Assembly (NCBI GenBank): GCA_040756215.1
Contig: JBFLZQ010000007.1
Span: forward strand, 62,336-126,335
DNA length: 64,000 nucleotides
Origin: Acidobacteriota bacterium
GTDB taxonomy: Bacteria; Acidobacteriota; Blastocatellia; Pyrinomonadales; Pyrinomonadaceae
Reading direction: 5' to 3'
Both the position numbers and the translations under genes were made by a program. Below are positions 33,695 through 43,234 of the stretch, in pieces (the first letter of the stretch is position 1; the number at the start of each line of letters is the position of its first letter). The notes beneath the pieces are model-generated. The model did not search any database, was not told where the DNA came from, and saw only the letters and a program-made list of their open reading frames with translations.

Positions 33695-34327
33695 TCAGGA
33701 CGCGGCTCGGGTAGCCTCGCGGATTGTAAGGTCGAAGGTTCCTGGCCCGACTTTTCTGAATTTACGGTTTCGATTAAGTGAAACGGCTACCGAAATTGTG
33801 GGATTATTGCCTTTGAATTCCATACCACCGGCAACCAGAAGGTTATAAAGTTCATTGACATGCAGGGGGCGGCCGGCTTCACGCAGAAGCAATGCACAAG
33901 CCTGTGTAATCGTACGGTCAGCAAATCGGTTACTGACGGGAGCAATGTTATTTCCACGAGTAGGAACTACACGTTTTCGGCTGAAAACCGAAACATTCGA
34001 GGGCGGCCTGGAATCCGCTTGGGAACCAGCGGGACCTGTAAAAAACCCGTATTCACTTTCTGATGCGGAATTGTGCGATAAGGGACGCTCAGTATTACTT
34101 CCGGCGTTGGAATTACCAAAAATACTATTACCCGAACGCAGGTTGACCAGAAGACTGTCGATTGCCGATTCTGTCTGTGCCGCGCTGTTTTCAAGAGCCT
34201 GAATCTCCTCGCGAAGCCTCTGCGCCTCCAGTTCTACCTCGCGCAACCTTGCCATCAGCCTATGCTGTGCGTTTCGCGTTTCGCGCAGGCTTTTTTCTAA
34301 CGTTGCGATGAGTTGGTCGTTAATCAT
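33695..34327 (-). CDS. Coiled-coil protein with C-terminal HARE-HTH-like winged helix
   Basis: The N-terminal 60 aa are heptad-rich (LREVELEAQRLREEIQALE). The C-terminal ACALLLREAGRPLHVNELYNLLVAGG...RKFRKVGPGTFDL matches the HARE-HTH pattern. Confidence 0.6.
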   Translation of the reverse strand: MINDQLIATLEKSLRETRNAQHRLMARLREVELEAQRLREEIQALENSAAQTESAIDSLLVNLRSGNSIFGNSNAGSNTERPLSHNSASESEYGFFTGPAGSQADSRPPSNVSVFSRKRVVPTRGNNIAPVSNRFADRTITQACALLLREAGRPLHVNELYNLLVAGGMEFKGNNPTISVAVSLNRNRKFRKVGPGTFDLTIREATRAAS

Positions 34328-34375
34328 AAAGCCGGGACTGGTGTCTTAAGAGGACGAAAAATTAATGAAAATTGG

Positions 34376-35395
34376 TCAATTTTCGCGTTCAACCACGAAG
34401 CCGGGAATTCCGGCCATCGCTTCACGATACTCGGTTTTCTCGAAAATTTCAAGATTTTTTATTGCCGCATCGGCGTAACTGGCCGCTATTTCTTTAATTT
34501 GCGGGATTATTTTGTAATCGGAAATGGCATCACCAATGGTTTCACGGGATTTTTCATCATAATTGCCGTCATACATGACGCCTTCTATTATCGGACGCAA
34601 GCCGGCTTCTTTCTGCAAAAGCTTGATCAAGGGCAGAGTCACCTTGCCTTCGATCAGGTCTGCTCCCGTCGCTTTACCGATTTTTGCCGCATCGGCAGTG
34701 AAATCTAACAGGTCGTCAGCAATCTGAAATGCAATCCCCAGATTTATTCCATATTCTCGCAAAGCCATTTGTTTTCTATGACTTGCGTTACCTAGTATTC
34801 CTCCTATTTCACAGCAGCCTGAGAAAAGATACGCAGTTTTTCTCTTGACTATATCAAAATATTCTTCTTCAGAAATATTGGATTTTCCCAGCAAGGTAAG
34901 TTGGATCAACTCTCCCTCGGTCATTTTTCTTGTTAACCGCGTCAAAATATCCAAAATTGCAAGCGAGCGTTCGGCAAGTGATGTCTCAAATGCCGACATA
35001 TAAAGCCAATCACCCATCAAAACCGCTGCCTGATTTCCGAATTTGGCATTGACAGACTGTCGGCTGCGACGAACACCGGCATTATCTATAATGTCATCGT
35101 GGACAAGCGTAGCCGTATGAAGCATTTCCATTACGGTTGCCATCCGAATTACGTTTGGTTCGGAGCCATTTCCGCCTGCAGCATATGCGGAAAGTATCAG
35201 CAAGGCCGGACGGACGCGTTTTCCACCGGATTCACGAAGATAGCCTCCGAGATAATCTATTACCTGGATATTGGAAGCCGCCTGGCGTTCGAATTCCTCT
35301 TCAACAAGTTGAAGTTCCCTCGCGATAAGGTTAAAAACTTCGCGCGCGGCCGATTTCGTGATTAGTTCTTTTTTCTGAACGGCAAATGGATTCAT
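34376..35395 (-). CDS. Long-chain polyprenyl diphosphate synthase (IspB/HepT-like)
   Basis: LVHDDIIDN and FQIADDLLD, the two aspartate-rich motifs; 339 aa. Confidence 0.92.
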   Translation of the reverse strand: MNPFAVQKKELITKSAAREVFNLIARELQLVEEEFERQAASNIQVIDYLGGYLRESGGKRVRPALLILSAYAAGGNGSEPNVIRMATVMEMLHTATLVHDDIIDNAGVRRSRQSVNAKFGNQAAVLMGDWLYMSAFETSLAERSLAILDILTRLTRKMTEGELIQLTLLGKSNISEEEYFDIVKRKTAYLFSGCCEIGGILGNASHRKQMALREYGINLGIAFQIADDLLDFTADAAKIGKATGADLIEGKVTLPLIKLLQKEAGLRPIIEGVMYDGNYDEKSRETIGDAISDYKIIPQIKEIAASYADAAIKNLEIFEKTEYREAMAGIPGFVVEREN

Positions 35396-35410
35396 CGCCT
35401 TGTTTTGATG

Positions 35411-35908
35411 TCAATTTGAGCGATAATTGTCGAATTTCATATCGATGCCAAAATCCCTGGCTTTCAATGCGGCAATAACTTCCTGCAAAGTATCCCGGTC
35501 TTTACCTGATACCCTTACGGTCTCTCCCTGAATCGAGGCCTGAACCTTAAACTTCATTTCTTTTATAAACTTTACGATTTCTTTTCCTTTTTCTACCGGT
35601 ATTCCCTGCTGTATCTTGACTACTTGCCGGACAGTTCCTCCCGCTGCAGGTTCGATTTTCTGATAATCGAGGGCCTTCAGGGATACTCCGCGCTTGACCA
35701 GTTTCGATTGCAAAATATCGTTCATGTTCCTGAGCCGCGTCTCGTCCTCCGCCGTGAGTAACAAATCTTTACCGGTTAGTTCGACCGAAGCCTTACTGCC
35801 CTTGAAATCAAAGCGTTGCGAAACCTCTTTCATTGTCTGGTTAATCGCATTTGTCACTTCTGCAAAATCAGTTTTTGAAACAATATCAAATGAATTTTCC
35901 TTAGCCAT
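35411..35908 (-). CDS. yajQ: YajQ family nucleotide-binding protein
   Basis: MAKENSFDIVSKTDFAEVTNAINQ...RFDFKG is the canonical YajQ N-terminus. ATG 35908 is preferred over TTG 35914. Confidence 0.9.
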   Translation of the reverse strand: MAKENSFDIVSKTDFAEVTNAINQTMKEVSQRFDFKGSKASVELTGKDLLLTAEDETRLRNMNDILQSKLVKRGVSLKALDYQKIEPAAGGTVRQVVKIQQGIPVEKGKEIVKFIKEMKFKVQASIQGETVRVSGKDRDTLQEVIAALKARDFGIDMKFDNYRSN

Positions 35909-35952
35909 AATCAATTACCGGGAATAAATTTGTTCAATATTTGAAAAAATAA

Positions 35953-36780
35953 TCAAATGTTCTCCAAACTCATTAAATCAACTCCAAATAAATCCATAAA
36001 GTTTTTAGTGGTCTGACAGGCAATTTCCGCAATTTCCACGCCATATAAACCTGCTAAAAATTTTGCGGTGTTAACGACGTAGGCAGGCTCATTGCGTTGT
36101 CCGCGAAAAGGTTCCGGAGTAAGGTAAGGACAATCTGTTTCTACCAAAAGTGAATTCAGCGGAACACTCAGGGCTGCCTGACGTAAGTTTTCAGCCTTTT
36201 TGAAGGTAACATTACCGGCGAATGAAACCTTAAAACCGATCCGTGTCAATTTTTTTGCCATTTCCGGAGATCCGCCAAAACAATGTAAGACGCCGATGGG
36301 AAGGCCGCCGCTTTTATTATCAGACGCAACGGAATATTCCGATTCAAGAATTTCTGTCGTATCTTCATCGGCATCCCGACTATGCACAATTATTGGAAGT
36401 CCAAGCCGCCGTGCAACTTTTATCTGCCTCAGAAATACCTCGCGCTGTATATGTCCCGGGCTGTGATCATAATAATAATCCAGCCCGATTTCTCCCCAGG
36501 CGATAACTTTATTTGACGACTTAACGAGCGAAATCAGATGCTCCTCCGCAGCGTCGTCGTATAGTTTTGCATCGTGCGGATGAACACCGACGGCGGCATA
36601 GACACAATCGTATCGTTCAGCGACGGCTACGGCCCGGCGAAAATCATCGCTGTGAGGGTCGCCGGTCCCGACGTTCAGCATCGCTCTGACGCCTGCTTGC
36701 CGGGCCCTTTCTACAACCTCGTCACGATCTTCATCAAAAGCATCGCCGTCAATATGACAATGCGAATCTACCAGAATCAT
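35953..36780 (-). CDS. TatD family metal-dependent hydrolase
   Basis: MILVDSHCHID, AAVGVHPHDA, IVHSRDA and LVETDCPYL motifs. Confidence 0.92.
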   Translation of the reverse strand: MILVDSHCHIDGDAFDEDRDEVVERARQAGVRAMLNVGTGDPHSDDFRRAVAVAERYDCVYAAVGVHPHDAKLYDDAAEEHLISLVKSSNKVIAWGEIGLDYYYDHSPGHIQREVFLRQIKVARRLGLPIIVHSRDADEDTTEILESEYSVASDNKSGGLPIGVLHCFGGSPEMAKKLTRIGFKVSFAGNVTFKKAENLRQAALSVPLNSLLVETDCPYLTPEPFRGQRNEPAYVVNTAKFLAGLYGVEIAEIACQTTKNFMDLFGVDLMSLENI

Positions 36781-38840
36781 TTTAACCTTGCGCCATTTCG
36801 AACATCTTCCGTGAATGTGGCAATTGCGGGTTTATCGCCATCACCAAAAGATGCGGCAAGTATCATACCTTGCGATTCGAGACCGCGCATCTTTCTGGGC
36901 TTAAGATTGGCAACGACTGCAACCTTACGCCCGATTAACGTTTGCGGATCATAGTATTCCGCAAGTCCTGCCAATATCTGACGCGGCTTTCCTTCACCGA
37001 GGTCTATTTCAAATCTCAGGAGTTTATCCGCATTCGGAACTCGTTCAGCCACAAGAATTTCACCTACCCGCAACTCGACACGCGCAAAATCGTCGATTGT
37101 AATAAAGTCAGCATCCGACGGCTGTTTATTTTCTTCTTTATCCGCAACTTTGTTTTCATTTACGGGACTTTTCTGCTGAATTTGATTTTGTTTTATTTCT
37201 TCCATAATTTTTTCTAGGTCCAGACGCGGGAAAAGTGCAATGGTGTCGCCAATCTCAGCTTCGGCAACGAGCCCGCCCCATGCCAAATCTGCCGGATCAA
37301 TTTCGTAGGGCTTTCCTTTACATCCTAGCCGGGAATACATCTGACACATAGAATCCGGCATAACGGGTGACAGCATCACCGAAAGCCATCTGAGCACTTC
37401 AGCGGAGCGATATAGAACCGCGCTCAGGACCTCTGCCTTTTCCGGATCTTTTGCAAGTTCCCAGGGTTTCGAGTCTGAAATCATTTTATCCGTTCGTGCA
37501 ATTATGCCCCAGGCTGCCTCGATGGCGCCGCTGAAATCATAATTTTCGAATCTGCGAACGAATTCATCACGTGCAAATGCAAGCGCGGAAACCAAATCTA
37601 CGCCGTCCGGGTCAATCTGTGCACGACGTGCTTTTATATAATTTTCTTCACTTATTTTGCCATCGGGAATACGGCCGTTTCGATATTTGGCAATCATCGA
37701 AATCGTGCGACTGAAAAGATTCCCAAGACCTCCGGCCAGGTCTGCATTTACACGCTCTACCAGATTCTCATATCCGAACTTTCCGTCCTGGCCAAAAACC
37801 ATTTCCCGAAGCAAAAAATACCTGATGGATTCAACCGGAAACAGACGATGTAAAACATCTATCTCAATTACATTTCCCAGAGTCTTGCCCATTTTGCGGC
37901 CTTCGGCATCAAGCCACATACCGTGTGCATAAACCATTTGCGGGAGCGTAATTCCGGCGGCCTTCAGAAAGGAAAACCAGTAAACCGTATGAAAACGGAG
38001 GATATCCTTTCCAACCAGATGAACGGCATGCGGCCAGTAATCCTTAAATCGGGTTTCGTCGTCGCTGCCGAAACCAAGCGCGGTAATATAATTGGAAAGT
38101 GCATCGAGCCAGACATACATCACGTGCTTTTCATCGCCCGGAACCGGTATGCCCCAGGAAACGCTTTCACGTAAACGGCTTATTGACAGATCCTGAAGCC
38201 CTCGTCTGATGAAGGCAAGCGTCTCATTTCTCCTCACTTCCGGCCTAATCAGACCCGGATTCTCATCAATCAATTGAATAAGAAATTCTTCATAATCCGA
38301 AAGCCGAAAAAAATAACTTTCTTCCGACACTTTGTCCAAAGGGCGTTCGTGGATTCGGCAAAGTGGCGTTTCTGAGCCTTCCGGGACATAAAATTCATCC
38401 TCAAATTTAAATGATGCGCAGGGAGCGCAAAACCAGCCTTCGTAGTAACCTTTGTAAATATTCTCACGTCCGCGCGGCGTCCTTCCGGCTGCAATCCTAC
38501 GCCAGAATTCGCTTGCTCCTCGATAGTGGAATGGTTCGCTCGTCCGCATAAAAATATCATAGCCGCCGGATGCGGTGTCCAACCTGAAATCACTAAACAT
38601 CCGCTTCAGCTCGGCAGTGATAAAATCCACCTGTTCTTTAGGTGTGCGGCCGGAATGCTCTGCGGCACGTTGTATGTTGATACCGTGTTCATCGGTGCCG
38701 GTTAGGAAAAGCACGTCGTAACCGCGCTGCTCCTTAAACCTGTGAACGGTATCAGCAACAACCGTTGTGTAAAGATGGCCCAGATGCGGAAGGCTGTTTG
38801 CATAATAGATCGGAGTTGTTATGTAAAACTTTTTTTTCAT
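36777..38840 (-). CDS. metG: Methionine--tRNA ligase with C-terminal tRNA-binding (EMAP-like) domain
   Basis: YYANSLPHLGHLYT (HIGH) and KMGKTLGN (KMSKS) motifs. C-terminal ...VELRVGEILVAERVPNADKLLRFEIDLG. Confidence 0.97.
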   Translation of the reverse strand: MKKKFYITTPIYYANSLPHLGHLYTTVVADTVHRFKEQRGYDVLFLTGTDEHGINIQRAAEHSGRTPKEQVDFITAELKRMFSDFRLDTASGGYDIFMRTSEPFHYRGASEFWRRIAAGRTPRGRENIYKGYYEGWFCAPCASFKFEDEFYVPEGSETPLCRIHERPLDKVSEESYFFRLSDYEEFLIQLIDENPGLIRPEVRRNETLAFIRRGLQDLSISRLRESVSWGIPVPGDEKHVMYVWLDALSNYITALGFGSDDETRFKDYWPHAVHLVGKDILRFHTVYWFSFLKAAGITLPQMVYAHGMWLDAEGRKMGKTLGNVIEIDVLHRLFPVESIRYFLLREMVFGQDGKFGYENLVERVNADLAGGLGNLFSRTISMIAKYRNGRIPDGKISEENYIKARRAQIDPDGVDLVSALAFARDEFVRRFENYDFSGAIEAAWGIIARTDKMISDSKPWELAKDPEKAEVLSAVLYRSAEVLRWLSVMLSPVMPDSMCQMYSRLGCKGKPYEIDPADLAWGGLVAEAEIGDTIALFPRLDLEKIMEEIKQNQIQQKSPVNENKVADKEENKQPSDADFITIDDFARVELRVGEILVAERVPNADKLLRFEIDLGEGKPRQILAGLAEYYDPQTLIGRKVAVVANLKPRKMRGLESQGMILAASFGDGDKPAIATFTEDVRNGARLK

Positions 38841-38879
38841 CAGCAGCAGTGTTTGGCCGGGATTGATTAATTCGCCGGC

Positions 38880-40574
38880 TTATCTTCCTCCCATTCGCTG
38901 ACGATCAGCCCGGTAAAATTCATCCGTAGTTTTATATCGTGGAAACCTTTTGGCATTTCCGGCTTTTACTCCGATGGCCAATCCGATTTCGGCATTTTGA
39001 ATCATTGCGTCCATTTTCCACCAATCGTGGTATTCATCCGATGGCTGGTGATAGAATTTGGCCGTATATTGCCTGAAAAATTCCAGAGCAGTACCTTCAA
39101 GAGGCTGGACAAAATCGTCTCCGTGTCTCAAAGAAACAGCCGGAACCCCGATTTTAGCAAATGGGAAATGGTCGGAACGGAAAAAGAAACCCTGTTCGGG
39201 ATACATGTCTCCTTCCAGCCGTAGATTGCGCTCATCCGCGACGGATTGAATCAATTTATCCAATGAGGAACGTTCAGCTCCAAGTGCCGAAAAATCACGT
39301 GTGATGCCGAAAAAATTAACTCCGTCGATATTTACATTTGCCGCAATTTTCGCAGGTGGGATAAGCGGATTGGCAGCAAAATACTCAGCTCCGAGCAATC
39401 CCTGTTCCTCGGCCGTCGGGAAAAGAAAGTAGCTGGACCGCTTTGGCCTCATCGAAACAGGCATTTTCTGTAATGCCTCGGCAATACCAATCACGGCAGC
39501 AACGCCGGAAGCATTGTCATAGGCTCCGTTATAAATACGGTCGCCGCCCGCATCAGGCTCACCGATGCCAAGATGATCCCAATGTGCGCTGTAAACTACA
39601 TATTCTCCGCGAAGCAGTTTATCTTTACCCGGTATCATTGCCACAACGTTTGGCGATTCGAGATTCACTAGGTCGCTTTTTAAATCAAGTTTGACTCTGA
39701 TACCGGTCCTGACAGGTTTGAATCCGCGTTTTTTTGCCGCCGCTGTAAGTTCATCGGCTGAGAGGCCTGCCATTCCTAAAAGACGATGGACGCCGTCAAA
39801 AGTCATCCAGGCTTTAATCTTTAAAAACGGCGTTTTATCCATCGGCAACCGTGCAATCTCGTAACGCCAATTGCCGTTCGATGTCCGAACAACATTCCAG
39901 CCATAGCCGGCCGATTCATTCGTGTGAATCAGGATGACACCAGCCGCTCCCCGTCGTGCCGCTTCCTCATACTTATAAGTCCACCGCCCATAATATGTTA
40001 GGGCTTTTCCGCCAAACAGATCCGGCTCGGAATCCGTCGCAGGTGGATCGTTTACCATAATCAGGAGCACCTTGCCGCGATAATCGTCCGAATTACCCGT
40101 GTAGTCGTTCCACCTGTACTGCGGGGCGTCTATACCGTAACCAACGAAAACCAGTTCAGAATCCAGAGAAGTATGAGCTTTCTGCTCCCCTGTTGTGGCG
40201 ACAAAATCGTCACCGAAAAAAAATTCCTCATTCCGGCCATTGGCCGAAGCAAGCAATCTCGTAGCCGGATCAGCCTTTACGCCAACGAGGCGGACATTTT
40301 GAAAATAACTTTTGCCATTGCCGGGTAAAGCTCCAACCAATTTGAGTTGTTCCGCGATATACTCTGCAGCAAGCTTTCCGCCTGCATTTCCGGGACCGCG
40401 GCCCTGCATTTCATCGGCAGAGAGTTTTTTAACCCGCTCACGCATCTTTTCAGGGTCAAAAAAACGAGCAAAAGGCTGTGCTGCGGCCGTATGAGCAAAA
40501 ATATAAAGACAAAAAACAACCGTAGCCGCGGCTCTAAAGTTAAAGTTCCTCATTAATTGTCTGACCTCAAACAT
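38880..40574 (-). CDS. M28 family aminopeptidase with PA domain, secreted
   Basis: Signal peptide; AHWDHLG, YNGAYDNASGVA and PTAEEQGLLGAEYF metal-ligand motifs. The start may be at a downstream Met. Confidence 0.88.
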   Translation of the reverse strand: MFEVRQLMRNFNFRAAATVVFCLYIFAHTAAAQPFARFFDPEKMRERVKKLSADEMQGRGPGNAGGKLAAEYIAEQLKLVGALPGNGKSYFQNVRLVGVKADPATRLLASANGRNEEFFFGDDFVATTGEQKAHTSLDSELVFVGYGIDAPQYRWNDYTGNSDDYRGKVLLIMVNDPPATDSEPDLFGGKALTYYGRWTYKYEEAARRGAAGVILIHTNESAGYGWNVVRTSNGNWRYEIARLPMDKTPFLKIKAWMTFDGVHRLLGMAGLSADELTAAAKKRGFKPVRTGIRVKLDLKSDLVNLESPNVVAMIPGKDKLLRGEYVVYSAHWDHLGIGEPDAGGDRIYNGAYDNASGVAAVIGIAEALQKMPVSMRPKRSSYFLFPTAEEQGLLGAEYFAANPLIPPAKIAANVNIDGVNFFGITRDFSALGAERSSLDKLIQSVADERNLRLEGDMYPEQGFFFRSDHFPFAKIGVPAVSLRHGDDFVQPLEGTALEFFRQYTAKFYHQPSDEYHDWWKMDAMIQNAEIGLAIGVKAGNAKRFPRYKTTDEFYRADRQRMGGR

Positions 40575-40598
40575 TTAAAGTAATTGATTAAATCATTT

Positions 40599-41198
40599 CT
40601 AGCCCTTTATCAACGCCATCGCTTCGGCTCTGGTTCTTGGATCCCGTCTAAAACCACCCAGAACCGCAGAAGTAATTGTCATCGCTCCCGGTTTTTTTAC
40701 ACCGCGAAGCGTCATGCAGGTATGCTCCGCCTCGATAACTACCATCACGCCAACCGGCTGAAGTTCCTCGAAAAGCGTGTTTGCAATTTGTTGAGTAAGC
40801 CTCTCCTGAACCTGCAGACGTCTGGAGTAAATCTCGGCAATTCTAGCCAGCTTTGACAAACCAACTATTCTCCCGCCGCTTGGTATATATGCGATGTGAC
40901 ATTTTCCTACAAAAGGTGCCAGGTGATGCTCACAGACAGAGGCAATGGCAATATCTTTGACCAATACCATCTCATCATGAGAATCACCGGGAAGCGGCAA
41001 TATATGCTCGCGTGCATCCTGCCACATTCCTTCGGTAAGTTCGGCATAAAAATCGGCAACGCGCTCCGGCGTTCTTTTCAGACCATCACGGTCCGGATCC
41101 TCACCGATTCCCTCTATTATCAGGCGAACTCCGGCGGCTATTTTTTCTTTATCTATTTTCCTGGATTCGGACAAACCGGCACTCCTCACAGCTATCAA
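40599..41198 (-). CDS. folE: GTP cyclohydrolase I
   Basis: VCEHHLAPFVGK, HTCMTLRGV and GLKRTPERV motifs. Confidence 0.95.
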   Translation of the reverse strand: MIAVRSAGLSESRKIDKEKIAAGVRLIIEGIGEDPDRDGLKRTPERVADFYAELTEGMWQDAREHILPLPGDSHDEMVLVKDIAIASVCEHHLAPFVGKCHIAYIPSGGRIVGLSKLARIAEIYSRRLQVQERLTQQIANTLFEELQPVGVMVVIEAEHTCMTLRGVKKPGAMTITSAVLGGFRRDPRTRAEAMALIKG

Positions 41199-41884
41199 TT
41201 TATTTTTATGGCCATCAACGATTTTGCAATTCCAAATCGTCGTTCAATTTCGATTCTAGCGTCAGGAAACAATTTTTGCATTTCCGCGCTATTCAAAAGG
41301 TTAAAATCCGGAATTGATTTCTTGACCCATACAATATTTGCCAATCTCATGGCTGCAATTAAAAAAGGTCGCGGGAAATACCCCAAAAAAGGCAGCCATG
41401 TATGACTTTCTATGGGAAAAAAGCGATTTGGAGATTGTACAAAATAGCTTTTCCCGACGCGGATAATTTCATTTGCAAAAAAAGTTTGGGCCCGTAAGGA
41501 ACGGCTCCTGAATTCCGAAGTTTTCCGGATTCTCCAGACTTCGCTTTTAGGGACCGTTACATGTTCGATTACCGATGAACAATAAATAACGTCGAAAAAA
41601 TTGTTTTCAAATGGCAAAGCTTCAAATTCCTGCAGCACAACAGGGTTAAAACCATAACGTGCGGCTCCGGTTCTGACCGCATTCTGGTCTATATCCGCAA
41701 TCCAGACATTTTCACTCCTGACAGAAGTTGTCTCCAGCAAAGAGGCAATGGCCGAGCCGTCCTCTGAGCCCAGATCCAGAATTTTGGTATCGGGACCGAT
41801 CTTGAACGAATTTCTGAAAATTTCAGCTCTGCGCCGTCTTGATTCGTCTGAAAATGATTTAAAAAAATTGCGGATCACATTCAT
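41195..41884 (-). CDS. Class I SAM-dependent methyltransferase
   Basis: ILDLGSEDGS (motif I) and DVIYCSSVIEHV. 4-nt overlaps with both neighbours. Confidence 0.8.
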   Translation of the reverse strand: MNVIRNFFKSFSDESRRRRAEIFRNSFKIGPDTKILDLGSEDGSAIASLLETTSVRSENVWIADIDQNAVRTGAARYGFNPVVLQEFEALPFENNFFDVIYCSSVIEHVTVPKSEVWRIRKTSEFRSRSLRAQTFFANEIIRVGKSYFVQSPNRFFPIESHTWLPFLGYFPRPFLIAAMRLANIVWVKKSIPDFNLLNSAEMQKLFPDARIEIERRFGIAKSLMAIKIN

Positions 41885-43059
41885 TTACTACCGGCAGCCT
41901 TTCTTACCGCTGCTTCAGCAATTGCCGTGAAGTCCGCTCCGGAAATTTCGGCAGCCCGGCGTACATCTTCAAATTCGGGATGCAAATTGACCGTTTCTCC
42001 CTTCAAAATTGCCTTTTTGACCCGAATTGACCCGAAATCGGTTTCTACTTCAATTACGGAACGTCCAAGCGAATGCCTTTCAACGACACTGCGGCGTATA
42101 CCAATAGTGGTTGTTTCTTTATAAAGTAAATCGCGCAAAATGATTTCATCCTGTGGCTTTGAAAGAATTGAAACCGCAACTGCTGGGCGATTCTTTTTCA
42201 TCTGAACAGGCGTAAACCAGCAATCCAGAGCACCTGCGGCAAAAGCCCGATCCATTATCAGACCCAGTACCTGAGGCGAAAGGTCATCAATATTTGACTC
42301 CAGTAACACAAGATGCTCTATCTTTTCCTCAACCTCCGAAGTTCGACATTCACCTAATAGCATACGCAGAACATTTGGAAAACCATTAAAGTCCTTAGTA
42401 CCGGCGCCATATCCAATTGATTCAAGTTTCATCTTAGGTAATGGCCCGTAACTATTTGTCAGAGTAGTAATTATCGCCATTCCTGTTGGTGTGGCAAGCT
42501 CTGCTTCCGGACCATCTGAAAATATCGGAACCTGTCGAGCCAGTTCTACAACCGCGGGCGGAGGTACAGGAAAATAACCATGATCAATGTTAATGCTGCC
42601 GGACCCGACATTTATCGCAGAGGAAATAATCATGTCGGGCTTTATCATCTCAATTGCAATCGAAGAGCCAACGATATCCACAATCGCATCAAGCGCCCCG
42701 ACTTCGTGAAAATGTACCTTTTCAACCGTAACTCCATGGACTGAGGCTTCTGCCGATGCCAGACGCCGAAAAATTTTCTTAGCACGTTCCTTTACGGATG
42801 TTTGTAGGTCGCCGCTGTCAATAATTCTTTCAATTTCGGGCAAATGCCTGTGCTTTTTTTCATCCGGGACGCTGACAGAAACATGAATACCCGCAATACC
42901 TGAGCGCGTGGTTCGTTCTGCAACTAAGTCGAAATCCGGTAATTCGAGCTTTTTCAAGTCTCTTTTTAATGATTCGGGATCTACACCAGCCGCAATAAGC
43001 GCGCCAAGTATCATGTTGCCCGAAACACCCGAGAAACAATCAAAATAAAGTATCTTCAT
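41881..43059 (-). CDS. larC: LarC family (DUF111) nickel insertion protein
   Basis: MKILYFDCFSGVSGNMILGALIAAGVD N-terminus and HFHEVGALDAIVDIVG motif. Confidence 0.88.
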   Translation of the reverse strand: MKILYFDCFSGVSGNMILGALIAAGVDPESLKRDLKKLELPDFDLVAERTTRSGIAGIHVSVSVPDEKKHRHLPEIERIIDSGDLQTSVKERAKKIFRRLASAEASVHGVTVEKVHFHEVGALDAIVDIVGSSIAIEMIKPDMIISSAINVGSGSINIDHGYFPVPPPAVVELARQVPIFSDGPEAELATPTGMAIITTLTNSYGPLPKMKLESIGYGAGTKDFNGFPNVLRMLLGECRTSEVEEKIEHLVLLESNIDDLSPQVLGLIMDRAFAAGALDCWFTPVQMKKNRPAVAVSILSKPQDEIILRDLLYKETTTIGIRRSVVERHSLGRSVIEVETDFGSIRVKKAILKGETVNLHPEFEDVRRAAEISGADFTAIAEAAVRKAAGSK

Positions 43060-43234
43060 TGCCTTAAAAGTTTAACTTGATTGCCCGGCTTTTATAAAAT
43101 CCAAATCCAAGGTTTGGGTAAATAATCACCGATCAATTGGTAAACCTCGCTTTGGACGCGTATAATTTCCCTTTTCGGCCGTCAGAAAGGCTGTAACTAA
43201 TTTTTCTAAATTAAAATTTATTTTGAGTATTAAT

